Part shown: one piece after another, positions 18,420-27,349 of the stretch
How the letters are laid out: each line of letters begins with the position of its first letter
Numbering within the stretch: position 1 is the stretch's first letter
Assembly (NCBI RefSeq): GCF_021054785.1
Contig: NZ_CP088239.1
Coordinates: forward strand, 840,001-872,000
Direction of reading: 5' to 3'
Length of the DNA stretch: 32,000 bases
Source of the DNA: Tannockella kyphosi
GTDB taxonomy: Bacteria; Bacillota_I; Bacilli_A; Erysipelotrichales; Coprobacillaceae
Position numbers and translations under genes: made by a program
Notes under the pieces: model-generated
What the model saw: the letters and a program-made list of their open reading frames with translations, nothing else
Told to the model about the DNA's origin: nothing
The model's database searches: none

Positions 18420-19731
18420 ATTTGTTTAATAAAGAATAAGCGATACTTGAAAAAATAATAGCTCCTTTTTTCAAGATTATTTCATCATAATCATAATTAG
18501 TACTATGCAAAGTGGCAATACCATCACTAATCAATTTTAGATAAGTCGATTTCCCTCCATGTACTTGAACATAATACATCATATATGAAAAATCATCACT
18601 TGCTCCTAAAGGACTATACATATGTTCACTAAATTCAATCCCACCTAAATGTTGATTTGAAATGTCTAAAATATGTTGAATGAAGGATTCATCACTAGAC
18701 AGGGCATAAGCTTTTCCCATTTCTTCTACTTCTACATGGGTATCATGCATGATTGCAGCACCTTGAATGACATCACGAGCATAAACTTCCATATAACGAT
18801 TTAATTCCGTACTAGCCCCGCGTACTTCAATTTCTAATTTTGCACTTTCAGCAACTACATTTCTTCCAGTTCCAGCATGAATTGTCCCAACATTGATGCG
18901 AGTACAACCATTACTGTTACGAGGAATGGAGTGTAAATTTGTAATACAAGCAGCAGCTGATAGAATAGCGTTACGGCCAAATTGAGGAGTCTCTGCAGCA
19001 TGGGTGGAAACCCCATGATACGTAACATCCAGTTTTGTTGTGGCAAAGGATTCATTCATACCCCCATAACAATCCGCATTTTTATCATTGTCTGTCCGTG
19101 GAAAAATATGAGCAGCATATAAATAATCCACATCATCTAAAATGCCTTTTTTAACCATGCTTTTTGCACCACGAACACCTTCTTCAGCAGGTTGGAAAAT
19201 AAGCTTAATGGTACCATGTAATTGTTCTTTTATATTCATTATTATTTTTGCAGTTGTTAGTCCAATAGCAATATGACCGTCATGACCACAAGCATGCATA
19301 ATATTCTCACTACTTGATTGAAAACCATTTGAATAAGGGAAATGGGATAAAGAACAGTCTTCATTGACACCCAATGCATCTATATCAAAACGCATTGCAA
19401 CAGTCGGACCTTGACCACATTCCAAAGTTGCCACCACACCTGTAAAACCATCTTTCACAAGCTCTAAATACTTACTTGAAAAACCAGAATCTTTTAAACT
19501 TTGATAATGTTCTTCAAATGCACTATTTGATGGTAATCCCATTCGAGACTTATGGCAAATAACATCTCTTCCAGTCATTACCTGATAACCAAGTTCTTCT
19601 AAATATTCACTGATAATGCAACTAGTACGCATTTCTAACCAACCAATTTCAGGATTTCTATGAAAATCACGTCGTAGTTGAACAGTTTCAGGATAGTATT
19701 TGTTTGCTAGATTTATTATTTGTGTATACAT
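18418..19731 (-). CDS. M20D family amidohydrolase (N-acyl-amino acid / aminobenzoyl-glutamate hydrolase-like)
   Basis: FHRNPEIGW, MHACGHDGH, FQPAEEG and similar motifs typical of M20D amidohydrolases. Confidence 0.85.
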   Translation of the reverse strand: MYTQIINLANKYYPETVQLRRDFHRNPEIGWLEMRTSCIISEYLEELGYQVMTGRDVICHKSRMGLPSNSAFEEHYQSLKDSGFSSKYLELVKDGFTGVVATLECGQGPTVAMRFDIDALGVNEDCSLSHFPYSNGFQSSSENIMHACGHDGHIAIGLTTAKIIMNIKEQLHGTIKLIFQPAEEGVRGAKSMVKKGILDDVDYLYAAHIFPRTDNDKNADCYGGMNESFATTKLDVTYHGVSTHAAETPQFGRNAILSAAACITNLHSIPRNSNGCTRINVGTIHAGTGRNVVAESAKLEIEVRGASTELNRYMEVYARDVIQGAAIMHDTHVEVEEMGKAYALSSDESFIQHILDISNQHLGGIEFSEHMYSPLGASDDFSYMMYYVQVHGGKSTYLKLISDGIATLHSTNYDYDEIILKKGAIIFSSIAYSLLNK

Positions 19732-19841
19732 ATGCTCACCTCGTTTCTATTATAACTTATTTTTAGATTTTTTGTTTCTTTTTTTAAAAAGATAGTTTAC
19801 TAACCTTAAATAAAATTGTTTCATAGGACTAGATAGTAGGA

Positions 19842-22079
19842 CTAAAATAATACATAAGATAATCCCCCAAAAGGAATATTAGTTAAGTATAAAAAATCTC
19901 TAAAGATAAATAATGTAGCATAAAAACCAAATTGCATAACAATAACAATTATTTTACGATAGCGAGATAAAGGACTATAAGTATCTTTTAAAGCAATCAT
20001 ATAATTCCAACCTGCAAATAAAACACAAATGGTACATAATAGAGAAGTATCATATCCTGTATAGTAACCAACATTCACTAATAGCGAACATGTAATTGCG
20101 ATGGTACATGAAGTAGGTAAGGCATTAAAAATAACTGTTTGTAAAAATGGTTTTGTAACAAGGTTATAATTTTTTTCATATGCTAATAAAAAACAAGGAA
20201 TCCCAACACCAAAAGAAGATAGAATAGATAATTGTATTGGTACAAATGGATAAGTTGTACCAAATACAATGGTAATAATACAAAGAATAATAGAAAAGAA
20301 AGTTTTTATTAAAAACATGGATCCACTAGCAGTAATATTATTAATAACTCTTCTTCCCTCATTTAAGGCATCATGAATTAAATCAAATTGATTATCTAAT
20401 AAAACAATATCTGCACTATGCTTACAAGCTTCATTTCCATTATTAAAAGCAATCGAACAATCAGCTTCCTTAAAAGCTAAAATATCATTAATACCATCTC
20501 CAGTCATAGCAACTGTATGATTCATTTCTTTTAAACAAGAAACTATTTCTTGTTTTTGTTCTGGAGTGACACGACCAAATAGCCTATATTTCTCTAATGC
20601 TTCTTTTATTTGTTTTTTTGAATCTAACTCTAAGCCATTTACAACACGACTTGCATCCAATCCTGCAGTTTTAACAATATTCGCAATCGTTAAAGGATCA
20701 TCACCAGATAACACATAACATTGAATACCTTGTTGTTGGAAACGATCTAATGACTCTTTGACATTATCACGCAGACAATCGGATAATAAAATAATTCCTA
20801 ATAGTTGTAAATTTTGAACATTTTGTTCTTGAATGGCATCCAAACTATGGGCTAATACTAAAACACGATATCCTTGACTTGCATAATATGCTACATCTTG
20901 ATTATATTGATTACAAAACAAGGATTGATAAGCACCTAAATAATAAGTACCTAAGTTTTCAAAGTGAACAGCACTATATTTTCTTTTAGAAGAAAATGGC
21001 AAAACAAAGGTAGTTTGATAGGTTGATTTTGGCAGAAAACTAGCTTGCAGCGCAATGGAAGTACTATTGGTATCTTCTAATGAAAATAACATATTGGAAA
21101 TGATTTCATTTATATTTGAACAATGATAAGAGATAGTATCATACACCTTTAATTGGCCAGTTGTGATTGTACCTGTTTTATCTAAGCAAAGAGTATCCAC
21201 ATAGGCTAATGTTTCAATACAAAACAATTCCTGTACCAAAACTTTTTTTCTTAATAAAGTAACGATACTAATACTTAACGTAATTGAAATAAGCAAAACA
21301 AGACCTTCAGGAATCATTCCTAAAACAGCAGCAACACTATTAACCACACTTTGTTCCAAAGTTAGGTTTGTAATATAATATTGTTTACAAAAAATTAAAA
21401 TACCTAAAGGTACAATGATTTTAGAAATCTTTTTCAATATCATTTGGATACTTTCTTTTAATTTAGAAATAGGTGATTTTTGTAATTTTGCTTTTTTAGT
21501 AAGTTGGTTTATATAGTTCTCGTTTCCAACACATTGAATCTTCGCAACACATTTTCCTGATATTAAATAAGTTCCAGAATAAATTATATCATCAATTGTT
21601 TTTATTACTGAGTTACTTTCACCTGTTAACATTGCTTCATTAACTTCAATCGTACCTTGTAATAGAATACTATCACATGGTATTTGTTGACCTGAATATA
21701 AGATAATAAGATCATCTTTTACTAGTCTATCTTGGTTTATTTCAACACAATCATAATCACGAATAGCCTGATAAGAAGATTGTTCTAAAAAAGATATTTG
21801 ATCGAGTAGTCTTTTCGCTTTTACTTCTTGAATGATACAGATGGTAGTATTAGTGAGAATAATAAAAATAAATAATCCATTATGATAAGATTCAACAAAA
21901 CATACACAACAAAATAAGATAAAATTAATAAAATTAAAGAAAGTAAATACATTTTTAAGGACAATAGAACGATATGATTTTGTATTATAATCGATTTTAG
22001 AATTAACTTCGTTATTTTGGATTTTAATTAAAACCTCTTGATTTGTTAATCCTTGATAATGTTGATCGTTTAGATACAT
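19842..22079 (-). CDS. Cation-transporting P-type ATPase (type II-like, PEGL motif)
   Basis: TGES, PEGL in TM4, the phosphorylation motif DKTGTITT, and TGDGINDILAFKEAD. GGAGGTGAG RBS. Ion specificity cannot be determined by eye. Confidence 0.85.
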   Translation of the reverse strand: MYLNDQHYQGLTNQEVLIKIQNNEVNSKIDYNTKSYRSIVLKNVFTFFNFINFILFCCVCFVESYHNGLFIFIILTNTTICIIQEVKAKRLLDQISFLEQSSYQAIRDYDCVEINQDRLVKDDLIILYSGQQIPCDSILLQGTIEVNEAMLTGESNSVIKTIDDIIYSGTYLISGKCVAKIQCVGNENYINQLTKKAKLQKSPISKLKESIQMILKKISKIIVPLGILIFCKQYYITNLTLEQSVVNSVAAVLGMIPEGLVLLISITLSISIVTLLRKKVLVQELFCIETLAYVDTLCLDKTGTITTGQLKVYDTISYHCSNINEIISNMLFSLEDTNSTSIALQASFLPKSTYQTTFVLPFSSKRKYSAVHFENLGTYYLGAYQSLFCNQYNQDVAYYASQGYRVLVLAHSLDAIQEQNVQNLQLLGIILLSDCLRDNVKESLDRFQQQGIQCYVLSGDDPLTIANIVKTAGLDASRVVNGLELDSKKQIKEALEKYRLFGRVTPEQKQEIVSCLKEMNHTVAMTGDGINDILAFKEADCSIAFNNGNEACKHSADIVLLDNQFDLIHDALNEGRRVINNITASGSMFLIKTFFSIILCIITIVFGTTYPFVPIQLSILSSFGVGIPCFLLAYEKNYNLVTKPFLQTVIFNALPTSCTIAITCSLLVNVGYYTGYDTSLLCTICVLFAGWNYMIALKDTYSPLSRYRKIIVIVMQFGFYATLFIFRDFLYLTNIPFGGLSYVLF

Positions 22080-22223
22080 ATTCTCACCTCCTTAAATTGA
22101 GTATACACTAGAAAACATAAGAAAAAAACAGATTCTATAATATTTTAAATTTTGTTAAAAAAATGTTTTCTTTTTGTTAATTTTAGTATATTATGCAAGT
22201 GTTGTTAATAAATGTATATTTTT

Positions 22224-22400
22224 AGGGGGAACTTCAAGGGTGAGGATACAAGTATCGGGGAATACTATTGTAAGGGTATCTAATGAGTATCAACATCGAG
22301 AGATGTTGACGAATCGGAATATCCCAGATATGACACATCGTAGCATAGGAAAGCATGTATCTAGATCGGTTTTATCGGGGGATAATTATTCTAGATGCCA
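22224..22400 (+). ncRNA. Unclassified candidate structured RNA (alternatively the 5' part of an atypical small CDS)
   Basis: A G-rich island lies in an AT-rich spacer. Hairpins: 22290-22309 (8-bp stem, GAGA loop) and 22359-22396 (ATCTAGA/TCTAGAT stem enclosing TTATC-GGGG-GATAA). There are four ATCGG motifs. The unit is followed by a strong terminator at 22502-22535. The strand is inferred from G>C skew (G-U pairing). Confidence 0.3.
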
Positions 22401-22501
22401 AAATATAAAATATAACAAATCAATGGAACAAATTGTTATCCATGAAAAATATAAAAACACAAGAGATATTATCAATAGGTTAAAGAAAATGAAGTTATAA
22501 T

Positions 22502-22535
22502 AAAGAGATAAGATTGTATACAATCTTATCTCTTT
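22502..22535 (+). terminator. Strong hairpin / perfect 34-bp palindrome (terminator of the upstream unit; possibly also an operator)
   Basis: AAAGAGATAAGATTGTA|TACAATCTTATCTCTTT. It starts 2 nt after the stop of the 22174-22500 ORF and ends 1 nt before the TGCTATAAT element. Confidence 0.7.
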
Positions 22536-22536
22536 A

Positions 22537-22545
22537 TGCTATAAT
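22537..22545 (+). promoter_or_regulatory. Extended -10 element TGCTATAAT for citrate synthase
   Basis: Exact TGnTATAAT 25 nt upstream of the ATG at 22571. Confidence 0.55.
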
Positions 22546-22570
22546 GAGAAAACATAAAGGGGGACGGGTT

Positions 22571-23899
22571 ATGAAAGAATTAAAAAACTTTATAACAAAT
22601 AGGGAGAAAGAAAATGAAATAGATAATAATCTATTTAAAAAATATGAAGTAAAAAAAGGTTTACGTAATGAAGATGGTACGGGGGTGCTTGTTGGATTAA
22701 CGAAAATCGCAGATGTTGTTGGATATTATATGGAGGATGGTCATAAGCATGATTGTGAAGGACGTCTGTTTTATCGTGGGGTCGATGTAGCAGATATTGT
22801 TAAGAACGAATCACAACGTTTTTTGTTTGAAGAAACATGTTTTTTGATTTTATTTGGTTATTTACCAAATGAAAAAGAACTTGAATCTTTTAAAACAGAA
22901 TTAGCAAAACGATATGTTTTACCAAAAGGATATTTAGAAGCAAGATTATTAGGATTTCCTAGTAAGAATTTAATGAATAAATTACAACAAGAAGTATTAA
23001 TGCTTTATTGTTATGATCATGATGCTGATAATATATCAGTTGATGCAACGATGGATAAAGGATTGGATTTAATAGCAAAAATTCCTTCTATCGTATGTTA
23101 TGCATATCGCTCTAAAGTTCATTTCTATGATAAAGAAAGTTTATTTATCCATCAAATTCATCCAGAATTATCTATTGCAGAAAATATATTACATTTATTG
23201 CGTGATAATAAAGAGTTTACTGCAAGTGAGGCTTATATATTAGATTTATGTTTGGTATTGCATGCGGATCATGGTGGTGGGAATAACTCTACTTTTACTA
23301 ATGTTGTTATTAGTTCTACAGGGACTGATATTTATTCTTCTTTTGCTGGAGCAATTGGTTCTTTAAAGGGACCTAGACATGGTGGTGCAAATTTAGCAGT
23401 TAAAAAGCAGATGGAAACAGTCTTAAATGTAATGGATTGCCAGGCTAGTGATCAAGAAATAGAAGCAGTGGTTTGTAAAATATTAGATGGATCATTTAAT
23501 GATAATAGTGGATTGGTTTATGGAATAGGGCATGCAGTTTATACAAAAAGTGATCCTAGATGTCAATTATTATCAAAACAATGTCATCTTTTAGCTATTG
23601 AAAAAGGACGTGAAGAGGAGTATTTATTCTATCAACGTTTTGAAAAAATAGCGATAGAAACTATTTATCAAAAAAAGGGTGTCGCTGTTTGTGCTAATGT
23701 AGACTTCTATAGTGGATTTATTTATGATATGTTAGAAATCCCAAGTGAACTATATACACTAATGTTTGTTATTGGTCGAACTGTAGGGTGGTTAGCTCAT
23801 AATATTGAAAATAAATTATTCTCTAATCGTATCATTCGTCCAGCCGCTAAATATGTAGGAGACAAACAAGAATATAAAGACAGAGATAAACGTTCTTAA
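22571..23899 (+). CDS. Citrate synthase (citrate/2-methylcitrate synthase family)
   Basis: The start is at the ATG after AAAGGGGGA; the ORF-track start at 22514 lies inside the terminator palindrome. Motifs LHADHGGGNNS, GPRHGGAN, GHAVY and NVDFYSG. Confidence 0.9.
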   Translation: MKELKNFITNREKENEIDNNLFKKYEVKKGLRNEDGTGVLVGLTKIADVVGYYMEDGHKHDCEGRLFYRGVDVADIVKNESQRFLFEETCFLILFGYLPNEKELESFKTELAKRYVLPKGYLEARLLGFPSKNLMNKLQQEVLMLYCYDHDADNISVDATMDKGLDLIAKIPSIVCYAYRSKVHFYDKESLFIHQIHPELSIAENILHLLRDNKEFTASEAYILDLCLVLHADHGGGNNSTFTNVVISSTGTDIYSSFAGAIGSLKGPRHGGANLAVKKQMETVLNVMDCQASDQEIEAVVCKILDGSFNDNSGLVYGIGHAVYTKSDPRCQLLSKQCHLLAIEKGREEEYLFYQRFEKIAIETIYQKKGVAVCANVDFYSGFIYDMLEIPSELYTLMFVIGRTVGWLAHNIENKLFSNRIIRPAAKYVGDKQEYKDRDKRS

Positions 23900-23912
23900 T
23901 TTTATAAGTTAT

Positions 23913-23943
23913 AAAAAAGTAGAAAATATTTTCTACTTTTTTT
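23913..23943 (+). terminator. Intrinsic terminator after citrate synthase
   Basis: AAAAAGTAGAAAAT/ATTTTCTACTTTTT palindrome with a T-run. Confidence 0.8.
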
Positions 23944-23950
23944 AATGAAA

Positions 23951-23978
23951 GAAAAACCCTAATTCGATTGAACTAGGG
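23951..23978 (-). terminator. Intrinsic terminator after ilvE (minus strand)
   Basis: On the minus strand: CCCTAGTTC-AATC-GAATTAGGG followed by TTTTTC. Confidence 0.75.
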
Positions 23979-23991
23979 TCAAGGAAACTAT

Positions 23992-25056
23992 TTATTTTAC
24001 TTCATGATTCCAATTAAATACATCTTCTTGATTTCCCCATTGGATACCAGTTAATGTATCATAAATTTTTTGTGTTAAAGCACCAGTTTCAAAATTATTA
24101 ATAATAATTTCTTCTTCTTTATAACATAATTGTCCAATAGGAGAAATAACTGCTGCAGTTCCAGTACCAAAAGCTTCTTTTAAGCTACCATTACGTGCTG
24201 CTTTGTATAATTCATCGATACTAAGTAATCTTTCTTCTACTGTAACATTCCATGATTTTAATAGTGTAATGATTGAATCACGAGTTACACCAGGTAAAAC
24301 AGATCCTTGAAGAGGAGAAGTAACTACTTTTCCATCAATTACAAACATAACGTTCATTGTACCAACTTCTTCAACATATTTACGTTCAACGCCATCCAAC
24401 CATAATACTTGGGTATATCCTTTTGATTCCGCTTTTTCTTGAGCAATGATACTTGCTGCATAATTCCCACCACATTTAGCAAAACCAGTACCACCTTTTA
24501 CAGCACGAACATATTCATCTTCAACCCATATTTTTACTGGATTAACACCTTCGCTATAGTATGCACCTACAGGTGAAAGAATAATAACAAAAGAATAAGT
24601 TTTCGCAGCATGAACTCCTACATTTACTTCAGTAGCATACATAAAAGGACGAATATATAAAGAAGTTTCTTCTACACTTGGAATCCATTCTTGTTCAACA
24701 TTTAATAATGCATCAATTGCTTCAACAAACATATCTTCGGGAATGTTTGCCATACATAATCTATCATTTGAACGATTCATTCTAGCAGCATTCATATAAG
24801 GACGGAATAACGTCACTTTCCCATCTTGGTGACGATAGGCTTTTAATCCTTCAAATGTTTCTTGAGCATAATGTAACACCATTGAACCTGGATCCATTGG
24901 AATCGGTCCATAAGGAACAATTCTAGCATCATGCCAACCAACACCTTCTGTATAATCCATCATAAACATATGATCTGTAAAATATTTCCCAAAACCAAGA
25001 TTATTTTGATCTGGTTTTTCTTTTAAAACGTTTGCTTTATCAAATTTTATTTCCAT
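23992..25056 (-). CDS. ilvE: Branched-chain amino acid aminotransferase
   Basis: 354-aa class IV aminotransferase pattern (FEGLKAYR, GG.G.AK.GGNYA, GVTRDS, GTAAVISP). Confidence 0.9.
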   Translation of the reverse strand: MEIKFDKANVLKEKPDQNNLGFGKYFTDHMFMMDYTEGVGWHDARIVPYGPIPMDPGSMVLHYAQETFEGLKAYRHQDGKVTLFRPYMNAARMNRSNDRLCMANIPEDMFVEAIDALLNVEQEWIPSVEETSLYIRPFMYATEVNVGVHAAKTYSFVIILSPVGAYYSEGVNPVKIWVEDEYVRAVKGGTGFAKCGGNYAASIIAQEKAESKGYTQVLWLDGVERKYVEEVGTMNVMFVIDGKVVTSPLQGSVLPGVTRDSIITLLKSWNVTVEERLLSIDELYKAARNGSLKEAFGTGTAAVISPIGQLCYKEEEIIINNFETGALTQKIYDTLTGIQWGNQEDVFNWNHEVK

Positions 25057-25102
25057 AATCTTATCTCCCTATATTTTTAAATTATTATACTATTATTTGA
25101 CA

Positions 25103-25453
25103 TTGTATACAACATTTTTTTATCAGTGATAACGTATCATCAAATATTTCATTTACTTTTTAATTATTTTTTATATACTATATACAAAAGGGGATAAAAT
25201 ATATTTAGCTTCATTTATTGAAAAACAAGAAATTAAAACACAGAGTATTATATAGAAAAAGAGTAACAAGTCGTAAAAATATTTAATAGAATTATTATTT
25301 TATACAAACATATAAATAAGGAGGAGGAAAAATATGGCTTATAAAAAAACAACAATCAAAGAATTTGATTTAAACCCATTTGATTCAATTGGAGAAGGAT
25401 GGCTATTAATAACTGGTTACAAAGATGGTGTGGTTAATACAATGACTGCTTCA
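25103..25453. repeat. 351-bp direct repeat, copy 1 (target-site duplication, left of the IS)
   Basis: By my base-by-base comparison it is identical to 27350-27700 (offset 2247 nt). Confidence 0.9.
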
Positions 25454-25471
25454 CCCGTCTTTGACACTTGA
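25334..25471 (+). pseudogene. Truncated duplicate of the flavin reductase-like gene 5' end (40 native codons, then 5 IS-encoded codons and a stop)
   Basis: It has the same promoter region, RBS and first 40 codons as the CDS at 27581. It reads into the IS end as ...TAS-PVFDT-stop. Confidence 0.85.
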
Positions 25472-27349
25472 GCACCATTTTTCCTGACACATACAATTCA
25501 ATAATCATTGAAATATAAGGGTTTTTTGATAGAAAAAACTTTTTTTATTTATTTATTTGTGGTATAATTAATGGTGTAAATGGTGCTTGAATTTAGGAGG
25601 GTGTGTTATGGCTTATTTTTTGAAAAAAACAACACGAAAAAATGGAACTTACCTACAAATCTATGAAAGTTATTATAATAAGGGAACAAAGGAAACTTCT
25701 CATAAATGTTTCCAAAGTCTTGGTAATATTAATTCTCTCACTAATGATGAGATACCTGACCCAATTGCTTTCTATAAAGATAAAGTGAAACAAATGAATG
25801 AAGATAGAAAAAAAGAAAAAGAGAAAGAAACAGTGATGAAGATAGGTGATTCACCTGAAAAGTATCTTGGGTACTTTTTAGCTAAGTCAATCTTCTATCG
25901 TTTAAATCTTGAAAAGTATATAGATATCCTTCAAGGTGATCGTAAATTTGAATATTCTATTTATGAGTTAGTCACTTCTCTAGTATATGCTAGGTTACTA
26001 TGTCCTTGTTCCAAGACAAAGACTTTTCATACTATTCTTCCTAAGTTATTTGATTCTTTTCAATACTCTGAAAGTCAAATGTATGATGGTATAGCCTTTA
26101 TTGGTTATAACTATGAAAAAATCATAGAAATCATTAATACTCGTTTATCTCGTTTTTATAAAATAGTAACCGATAAGGTTTACTTTGATTGTACTAATTT
26201 TTATTTTGAAATTGATCGTTGTGATAGCTTTAGAAAAAAAGGCCCTTCTAAAGAAAACAGAAAAGATCCTATTATAGGCATGGGCTTATTATTGGATTCC
26301 AATCAAATTCCTATTGGTATGAAGATGTATCCAGGGAATGAATCTGAAAAACCTGTTATTCGTGATTCTGTTAAAATAATGAAAAACAGATTAGGAGTGG
26401 AAGGAAGAACAATCCAAGTAGCTGATAAAGGCTTGAATTGTGCTAAAAACATACATATCGCTATGAAAAATGGGGATGGCTATTTGTTTTCTAAGTCAGT
26501 AAAGCAATTACCTGAAAAAGAAAAGGTATGGGTTCTACTAGAAAATGACTATATAGATGTATTAGATTCCAACGGAAAAGTAAAATATAAATACAAGTCT
26601 ACCATTGATTTATTTACTTATTCTTATACTGATGAAAATAAAAAAACTCATTCCTTTCGAGTTCGAGAAAAAAGAATAGTTACCTATAACCCTACATTAG
26701 CTAAAAAACAAATTGCAGAAATAAACAAAATGGTAATGAAAGCATCTGGACTTTGTGCTAGTCAAGCAAAGAAAGCAGAATATGGTGAATCATCGAAGTA
26801 TGTAGTTTTTAATTCTACAAACGAAGGAGAAGTTGTGGATGATAAGATTGCACTAACAATGAATATTGAAAAAATAGAAAAAGATAAAGACCTAGCTGGA
26901 TATAACTTATTAGTTACATCCGAAAAGAATATGGATGACTTAGAAATATATCAAACATATCATAACTTATGGAAGATAGAAGAATCATTCCGCATTATGA
27001 AAACAGACTTAGATGCTCGACCTGTTTTTCTACAAAAAGAAGATAGTATCAAAGGGCATTTCTTAATCTGTTATATCAGTGTTCTTATTTTACGATTACT
27101 ACAGTATCAATTGTTTAATAATGAATTGAGCTCTAGTAGAATCATTAAGTTCATGAGAGATTTTAGAGTTATCCAAGAACCTGGTAATCGATATATTAAT
27201 ATAACACAAAAATCATCGGAAACAGATTATATGACTAATAAACTAGACTTACCGATCGATAACTATTTCTTAACTAAAACCCAAATTAAAAAGGTGCTTT
27301 CACACAGGGTGTGAGCACCATTTTTTATTGTCCAACTCCAAAAGTCAGG
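25454..27349 (+). mobile_element. IS1634-family (IS4-related) insertion sequence, 1896 bp
   Basis: A single transposase ORF. Short imperfect terminal inverted repeats (left CCCGTCTTTG; right end reverse-complement CCTGACTTTTG). Subterminal TGAGCACCATTTTT at both ends (25469, 27312). Flanked by the 351-bp perfect direct repeat. Confidence 0.8.
25608..27314 (+). CDS. IS1634-family DDE transposase
   Basis: AGGAGGG RBS and a TATAAT at 25563. The N-terminus MAYFLKKTTRKNGTYLQIYESYY......SLG is typical of IS1634 transposases. The C-terminal YHNLWKIEESFRIMKTDL matches the Y-R-E-K signature of the IS4 superfamily. Confidence 0.85.
   Translation: MAYFLKKTTRKNGTYLQIYESYYNKGTKETSHKCFQSLGNINSLTNDEIPDPIAFYKDKVKQMNEDRKKEKEKETVMKIGDSPEKYLGYFLAKSIFYRLNLEKYIDILQGDRKFEYSIYELVTSLVYARLLCPCSKTKTFHTILPKLFDSFQYSESQMYDGIAFIGYNYEKIIEIINTRLSRFYKIVTDKVYFDCTNFYFEIDRCDSFRKKGPSKENRKDPIIGMGLLLDSNQIPIGMKMYPGNESEKPVIRDSVKIMKNRLGVEGRTIQVADKGLNCAKNIHIAMKNGDGYLFSKSVKQLPEKEKVWVLLENDYIDVLDSNGKVKYKYKSTIDLFTYSYTDENKKTHSFRVREKRIVTYNPTLAKKQIAEINKMVMKASGLCASQAKKAEYGESSKYVVFNSTNEGEVVDDKIALTMNIEKIEKDKDLAGYNLLVTSEKNMDDLEIYQTYHNLWKIEESFRIMKTDLDARPVFLQKEDSIKGHFLICYISVLILRLLQYQLFNNELSSSRIIKFMRDFRVIQEPGNRYINITQKSSETDYMTNKLDLPIDNYFLTKTQIKKVLSHRV

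Noticed and set aside
22174-22240. TTG start at 22174 for the 108-aa ORF.
   Set aside because: No RBS. The first 22 codons cross the AT-rich promoter-like spacer. If the ORF is real, the GTG at 22240 behind AGGGGGA is the better start.
22280-22315. Hammerhead-ribozyme-like arrangement CUAAUGA-[stem-loop]-CGAAUC around the 22290-22309 hairpin.
   Set aside because: The core deviates at invariant positions: CUAAUGA instead of CUGAUGA, and GAAU instead of GAAA. Stem II would need a bulge, and no stems I/III or cleavage-site context could be drawn.
22224-22400. Possible M-box (Mg2+) or yybP-ykoY (Mn2+) riboswitch next to the P-type ATPase, based on GGGUGAGG, GGGGAAUAC and AUGACACAU resembling bits of those consensus sequences.
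   Set aside because: Only fragmentary similarity from memory. The conserved 3' halves (for example GUGCUAAAGCUC of the M-box) are absent. The G-rich sense strand points away from the ATPase gene, which is on the minus strand. The region is kept only as an unclassified candidate pending an Rfam scan.
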